A stretch of DNA of 64,000 nt. It comes from the human T2T-CHM13v2.0 reference genome, Homo sapiens. This document shows, piece by piece, positions 56,901 to 64,000 of the stretch. Below the pieces are notes generated by a model, which was given only the letters and a program-made list of their open reading frames with translations, was not told the DNA's origin and made no database searches. Both the position numbers and the translations under genes were made by a program. The stretch is taken from NCBI RefSeq assembly GCF_009914755.1, contig NC_060935.1, one strand, 5' to 3'. Positions within the stretch are counted from its first letter, which is position 1. Every line of letters starts with the position of its first letter.

Positions 56901-57890
56901 CAGGGGTCAGAAAGATTGCTTGGGGTTTCTTTATTTGACTAGATCTTAGAAAATAAAACAGGACTCATGAGGAGACATATAAAGTGGGAATTCTGTGAAT
57001 ATATAGCTTGGTTATAGTCTGCTATAGTTTAAAGACAGAACATCACAAGTTACAAAATAGCATAGGCTTTTGGTTTACTGAGATGAAAACTGTTGACAGC
57101 TATTATAATTCAGAACAATCTTTATAGCTTTGTGCAAGCTTTCATTAGTGGCTACAATCAAGGGTCTCTGATAGGTGCCACACAAATAATAATAACAGTA
57201 AGTTAGGAACATTACCAAATTGGTTTTACTAAAATATATAGGTGGTTATACTCAAAGAAGCTATTTCACAGAACTGAAAAGTGATTGCTCAGATTTGTGA
57301 CACATCATTTAAAAAACTATGGTTTCCCATAGGAGACCGTTGCCAAAAATAAAAGCCTTAGTTACATAGAGGTGCACCTGATTGAATATCAGTGGAAGGA
57401 GAGGAATTAGAGCCGAGTCCAAGCTGTGCAGCTCTCTGGCTGACATTGATCATGTGCAGTGGACAGCATCTACCTGGACCACACGCTGTGCCTTCTCCTC
57501 CACTCCCTCTTCCACCATAACAATTAACTTACCAATGAGCCACGAATGCACCCCACCACCAAATGCCAGGTATCTTCATATAAGACATGGCATAAGACCT
57601 CTTCTTAAATGGACTGTGTCATTCTCTGCAGAACAGAATGGTGGATGCCACTTGCTAGCAATGTCTAAAATCCGGGGAACTGATAAGCTCTGCATCTCTA
57701 TGGGCTGCAAAACACAATATGGGTCCTTACTAGAAAGGAGGTAGCATGTTCAAGTGTTCAGTCATCTAAAACCACATCTTGCCAATCACCATTCTCTTTG
57801 GGTGACTGAGTTAATTTCTGCCCGTGGTTAAACATGCTGTTTATCCTACTTTAGCTGGAGGTCAAGAGACACAGAAAGAAAACACGATTC

Positions 57891-57966
57891 ATTCCCCAAT
57901 AATATCACCTACTTCACATGACATCAATTAATTCCCCAATAATATCACCTACTTCACATGACATCA
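57891..57966. repeat. Perfect 36-bp direct repeat with 4-nt spacer
   Basis: attccccaataatatcacctacttcacatgacatca - atta - same. Confidence 0.95.
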
Positions 57967-58149
57967 TAGTTTATATTATTAATATTTTGTGAATGACACC
58001 TTGGACTGAGCTATGCAGAAAATGAAGTTGGTATTTGGGGTAAAAGGGCTTTCTCAAATATTAAAAAAATAATTTTTACTGTCTTTGTGCTACAGTTGAA
58101 AATATACAACTTCAGCTGTCACCTGCAATAAAGAATTTTTTTCTCTTTG

Positions 58150-58600
58150 GAGGTAGCATATAAAATATTCATCATCTTGGAAGCATTAATTTCAAAATAG
58201 AGCAAACTCGTGGTAGAAAATCAAACAGTAGGGAAAACAGTAACAAGAAAAATAAATTTCTCTTGGCATGTAACATTTCCCCTCCCTGAGTCCTCATTCC
58301 CCCTATCCAGTTAACCACTTCATCGTTTCTCCTGTATCCTTTCAGAAATGTCTTGTGTAGATACATGTCCCACGAGACAGAAACACACACACACAAACAC
58401 ACAATTTCCTTTGCCTTCATTATACAAACACCATTATAATATACATACTTTTCCACTAGCTTTTTTCAATTGTCATGCCTCTTTACCCTCTTTCCATAAT
58501 AAGTATAGGGCTATCACATTCCTATAAGGGCTACAAAGTATTCCATTGTATGGATTAGCGTAATTTACATAACTAGTCCCATATCAATAAAGCTTTCAAA
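58150..58600 (-). mobile_element. Old L1M (L1ME-like) fragment
   Basis: 'ggctacaaagtattccattgtatggatt...taatttacataactagtccc'. Confidence 0.5.
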
Positions 58601-58687
58601 ATTAACTTACTATAAAACTATTTTTGTTATTTGTAAGCATTTATTATTTCTATTTTATTTTTTATTATAAACATTTACTATTCTCTA

Positions 58688-59242
58688 ATTATCAGTCGTT
58701 AAATAACAAGCCTCATGAACCTTAGGAACTTGAACAACAACCATGCTACTGTGGGCATGGACTCTGTGGGTGTGGAATTTGGCCTGGGTGGGGGCGGCTT
58801 GCCCCTGTTCTATGATGCCTGGGGCCTCAGCTGGGAAGTCTCAAATGACTGGGAATGACAGGGCTTGCAGTGTGCACAATGGCTTCTTCATTCCTTATCT
58901 GACACCTTGGCAGCGACCGTGAGAAGGACCAGCTCCAGCTGGGGGCCTCTCCAGCATGTGGTCTCTGGGTAATCCGAGTTTTCAGGCAGGTGGCTCCTCC
59001 AGGGCCTGCCCAATCCAGCTAGGCCAAAGCTGCCTGGCCTTTTCTGACCCAGCCTGAGTCAGGCAGAGTCACTTCTGCCACATTCCATTGGTTATGAGCA
59101 AGTCATGAGTCCATACCGGGTTCAGGAAAAGGGGGCCCAGACTCCTCCCTGTGCTGGGGGAGTCGTGGCCAGCTGGTAGAAGACCGAAGAGTGTATGAGA
59201 TGAGATGTCCCTGCAGCATCTTTGGAAATGAAAATTGCCACA
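58688..59242 (-). mobile_element. MLT1H-like MaLR LTR
   Basis: 'gtcacttctgccacattccattgg...catctttggaaatgaaaattgccaca'. Confidence 0.7.
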
Positions 59243-59519
59243 ACTGTTTTAAAAGCCAGTGCCCCTGCCTCTGTCCTCTGACCTTGAGTGTTTCCTGACT
59301 TCTTGCATATACATCCCAGAACGCCATCGTGCCCCGCTCGCAGAATGCCAGTGGCTCACTACAGTGGAAAGAGCACTAGCCCCATGGAGAGCACATTGGA
59401 TTCAAGCCACTGAGCATCTCAGAGCCCCGGTTTTATCATTAAAAAGAGTAGATTAAACTAAATTAGGTACAAGCCTCTGCTCACTTACAGAATTTTATCA
59501 TTCTAAGACCCTACCTGTA

Positions 59520-59832
59520 TAGTCATGCACCATATAACAACATTTAAGTTACTGACAGACCACAAATACAATGGTGGTCTCGTAGGACCATAATACCATA
59601 TTTTTACCTCATCTATGTTTAGATACACAAATACCACTGTATTACAGCTGCCTCCAGCACTCAGTACAGTAACACTAGCCTAGGAGCAGTCGGCTCCACC
59701 ACGGAGCCTAGGTGTGTGGTAGGCTATGCCATCTAGGTTTGTATAACTACACTCTGTGGTGTTCACACACAACCACACCGCCTAATGAAGCATTTCTCAG
59801 AATGTGTCCTGGTGTCAAGCAGCACATGACTG
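59520..59832 (+). mobile_element. Tigger3a-like MITE
   Basis: TIRs tagtcatgcac... and ...gcacatgactg; 'gcctaggtgtgtggtaggctatgccatctagg'. Confidence 0.85.
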
Positions 59833-62800
59833 TGTTTCATCTTCCAACTCCTTGTTCTGAAAAGGAGGAACAAGAAATAAAATGGATTGAATGCATACCC
59901 AGTTTCCCAAGCTATTTTGCACTCACCCCGAAGATGGGGCCTGACCGAGTACAATGAACAACATCGCACAGCCTGAGTGTGACTCCAGCCCGGCCACCTA
60001 GTACAATAGGCACGTTTCTAAACTTAGGAATGAGGATGATGATACCCATTTGGGAGTATCTAAACAAGAAAATAGGGGTACTAAAATTTCATTTTATAGA
60101 ACGATCACTTTTTGCTTCCTTTTCAGAGCAAGGGATTGAAATATGAGAGAAACAGGTAGGATTGATGTAATCAGAAATGGTTTAAGAGAGTGTCAAAAAC
60201 ATAAGGGATCGGCAGCTTCACAGCTCCCTGTCCGCGCTGCGGCACCTCTGCCAGATCTTCTACTACGCTTAGCTTTCTATCTTACTCTGCCTAAGCTGTG
60301 CCATGTGAAATATATTTCCCATCCCAGAGAGAATTTCTCTCAGGGATTTATACATAGCATAGGGAAAGTTGAGGCCAGGCCAAGGGCTGGTCTCATGACT
60401 GTCTAGATTTTGTTGCTTGTAAGACCAGCATGGAATGTCCTTTTCCATTTACAGTAGGATTTGGGAGAGGCTTGGAGGGGCATGCGGCCTTTGGATGAGA
60501 GTGTGGAAGAGAAATTACTGGCAAAGAGTGAAGGGGGAATAAAGAGAAGAGGGGAGGCACAAGGAAAAGCAGGGTGTAGGAGCTGATGTATCTGGATGTA
60601 GACAGCCTGGTTTGACGTTCAGTTCCCTTTCTGTCACTAAGATGGCCAAGATCTGGGTGGGACGTCTCACCCCATACCACAAGGCACATGGGCCCAACCA
60701 GGGTCCTTTGGGACAGACAGGAATCATTCCAGGCTGCACGGCCTAGAATTTATTATTTAGGTCAGACAGAGTGGAATGGATAACTTCCTCTAGAGATCAG
60801 AGGCTGTGCGCTGTCTCTGATGTGTGACAAATTGAAGGAAGCACAGCCATGCCTTCAGCATGCTCGGTGAGGGATGCTCATGGAGAAGGAACGCGAAGGA
60901 GCCTGTGCCTGCCTTACTTTCCATTTGTTTCAGTTTCTCCCCCCCACGCATCTGCTGTCCTTGCAAAGCAGGAAAAGGGAAAGGAAATGTCATTTCTCTG
61001 GAGATGTAACAAAAGGTTATTTGCTTCGGAAAAAGCTCTGTCTTAAATAAATGAAAGTTGTCTGTATTGTTCGTTTGTTTGTTTGGCTTTTTTTTGGCTC
61101 TTTCTCAGTCTCCCCATAAATCACTGAAAATCACCTTACCATTCCCTGAATTTGTAGGAATCTCTTGCTGCTGTGTAAAGGCATAAGAATGGGCCAAGGC
61201 AAACATCTCTAATGTCTTCTTTCAAAACCAAAATGCATTTTAATAATTTAAAGCCACTGCTCTTTCAGTCACTTGATAAATTATTCACAAATTTTACAAC
61301 AAAAAAAAAAAAGAAAAAAAAATCTGTTCCCTTTACAAGTTCTGGAACATTAAATCATGTCAGAATAGATGAAAAGGACAAATCAGCCCTAAACTCTTAG
61401 AAATCATGCCATTTACTTCTTTATCTGAGAGCAGTGCCACAGTTTACAGGGCACTTGGCAGATGATTTTTCAGGACTTATGTCCAGGTACAGTGAGAGAA
61501 TGACACTGTAGGAATGAAAGAAGGTGGCTTTTGGGCAATGTATAGAGAACATCTAACTGTTTGCCTCAGGACTGCAACTTTAAGTGATATTTTAAAGAGA
61601 TCTCAAGGACAGACAAAGAAAGCTGATTTGCTTAAGGTAACTCTAGTTAATTCTGGGCAAGGGAGGAAGTCGGAATAATGGTGGCTCCTTCTGTTCTTAC
61701 GTTAAAACACCCCTTACATCCTCCTACCAAGCACGGGCAAGTGCTACAAAGTTGCTTTCTGTTCAAATGTCCATGGGACATAACCTTCTGGAGCTTAGCA
61801 AGCAGGTACTTCTGACCTCATGGAGTGGAGAACCTTTGCCTAGAAAAGATTCTAAATTTGCATCCACAATGATAACAATGCCCCACCCACATAGTCATGT
61901 TGTAGCTGAAGATCTTGGAATATTTACAAGCATCTCTCATCTCATTAGAAAAACATACTCACTGAAAGGTCAAAGTGATTGATAATGAAGGCCAACTGGG
62001 CAGAACTATTAGGTTTTCCTTCCTGATATTTCCTACCAGAGATGTCTCCCTCTTACAGCCAGTGCCCAGGGCCTAATTACAATTAATACATTTTGTCATC
62101 AGTATTTTGTCTTCCAACTCCATGGTTTACTTTTGTTCTGGATCTAAGAAAGGTAGCAGCATTGTAGAAGAACTCATTAGGATATCACACTTCAATTAGT
62201 ACAGGGATGAGGTTTGTCTGAATAAATACAGCCCATTCCATTCTAACACAGTGCTGGCATATAGGAGATGTCAATAAATGCTTGCTTCCCGAATGAAAAA
62301 GTGAACAGAAATTGCAGAAATACGTCAAAGTTTAATTTATTGTGTGTGTAACACAAGCATAGACACCGTTCAATATGCACCATTTTAATAGGCAGAAATG
62401 GGCTATTAGTATTTTTAATTTGAGAGTGGCAAAACCTAAACTAATTTCATATTTTAGGAAAGAGATTCTGGATGAAGCTTCCATCATCATCCGCAAGGCA
62501 ACTTTTTATCTTTGTGGGGCCTTTGTAATTTTTTTCTACTTGCTATGCCTTCTTCCTTTTATAACCTAAATTTTTCTTTAATGCTCCTGAGATGCCTATT
62601 TTCAGGGAATTCTGATGTCAAGGGTGTTCTTGGAAGCTTCTGAGTGTTGGCTAAAATACCTTCTCTTCCACTTCAAAGAAGTCCTATAATGCTAGAACCA
62701 TCTTCACTGACAATATCTTTCTTCACCCTCCAAATCTCACTGCTCAGCTTCTGGGGGAGTCAAGTTACAAAAGAGCCAACATATGAAAAATCCATTGTTC

Positions 62801-63005
62801 TTTAATTTTACTTCAACAAGATAGATGCAGACATCCACATCAGCATTTGGAGACCGGAGAAGTGAAGAAGCAGAAGAGAAAAATCATTGAGTTTCTAGAG
62901 TATGCTCTTTATTTAGACATGCAACTTTTACACAGAATGATTTAAGGGAGGTTACAAAGATACATACAAAAGAGCAAGATAAAATAAAGATAAGAAAGAA
63001 AAATG

Positions 63006-63511
<506 letters not shown>

Positions 63512-63856
63512 TTACCTTAAGAGAAATCAGCATATGTAATTTAGAACTTTTTTAAAATTAGGTAAGGTAGTTCTAGGTGATTGTTGGTAACTTTTTTGGA
63601 AGTCTATATTACAAAAATTATTTTAGGTAAGTTTCCCAAAAGTGTCTGGCTGTCTTGGTTCAAGTGTCAACTTCACTGATAACTATTTTTACATCTTGGG
63701 CACACAGCAATTGTTGCTGTTCCTCTCCTACCAGACCCAAGCTCATCCATCTGGTCAGAAAGATTTTTTGAGACATCATAGCAAAAGTAGCCATTTTCCT
63801 CCCTTTTCAACCTTTCTTGCCCAGGACTCCGTATTATTTTTCTTAAAATACTTACC

Positions 63857-63975
63857 AATATTTAAAACTGAGTTTGTTTATGTGCAAATAAACAAATTAG
63901 AATATAAACTGGAATATTTAAAATTCAGTTTGCTTATATGCAAATAAACTAGATATGAACTGGAAGATATAAATA
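63857..63975. repeat. Diverged ~56-bp tandem duplication
   Basis: aatatttaaaa..agtttg.ttat.tgcaaataaac...tat.aactgg x2. Confidence 0.8.
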
Positions 63976-64000
63976 TATATTTGGAATATATAAGTGTATA

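Noticed and set aside
57891-57966. 36-bp direct repeats as a CRISPR-like array
   Set aside because: Only two copies, no real spacer, primate DNA and no cas genes

Overview
This 64-kb window is primate, almost certainly human, non-coding DNA (intergenic or deep intronic). I recognise no protein-coding gene, tRNA/rRNA gene or processed pseudogene; the supplied ORFs are short and mostly read-throughs of Alu, LTR, L1 or L2 sequence. It contains 9 Alus (most with readable target-site duplications, TSDs), several solo LTRs (THE1A, MER34-like, MER21, LTR8A/B, MER50, MER39, MLT1, MLT2), DNA transposons (Tigger3a/b, Charlie1a, Charlie4a-like, MER58A/C, MER2) and old L1M, L2 and MIR fragments. The most notable structure is a 6-kb nest at 24.3-30.4 kb: a Charlie1a is split by an L1MB, which is split by three TSD-flanked LTRs and by a ~730-bp TSD-less segment that looks like captured ectopic genomic DNA. 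Secondary signals are candidate + strand non-coding exons (one bracketed by inverted Alus), motif clusters suggesting enhancers, and several two-copy micro-duplications. Subfamily names come from my recollection of consensus sequences and need RepeatMasker/Dfam confirmation. I could not identify the locus and found no evidence for a wholly new biological system.
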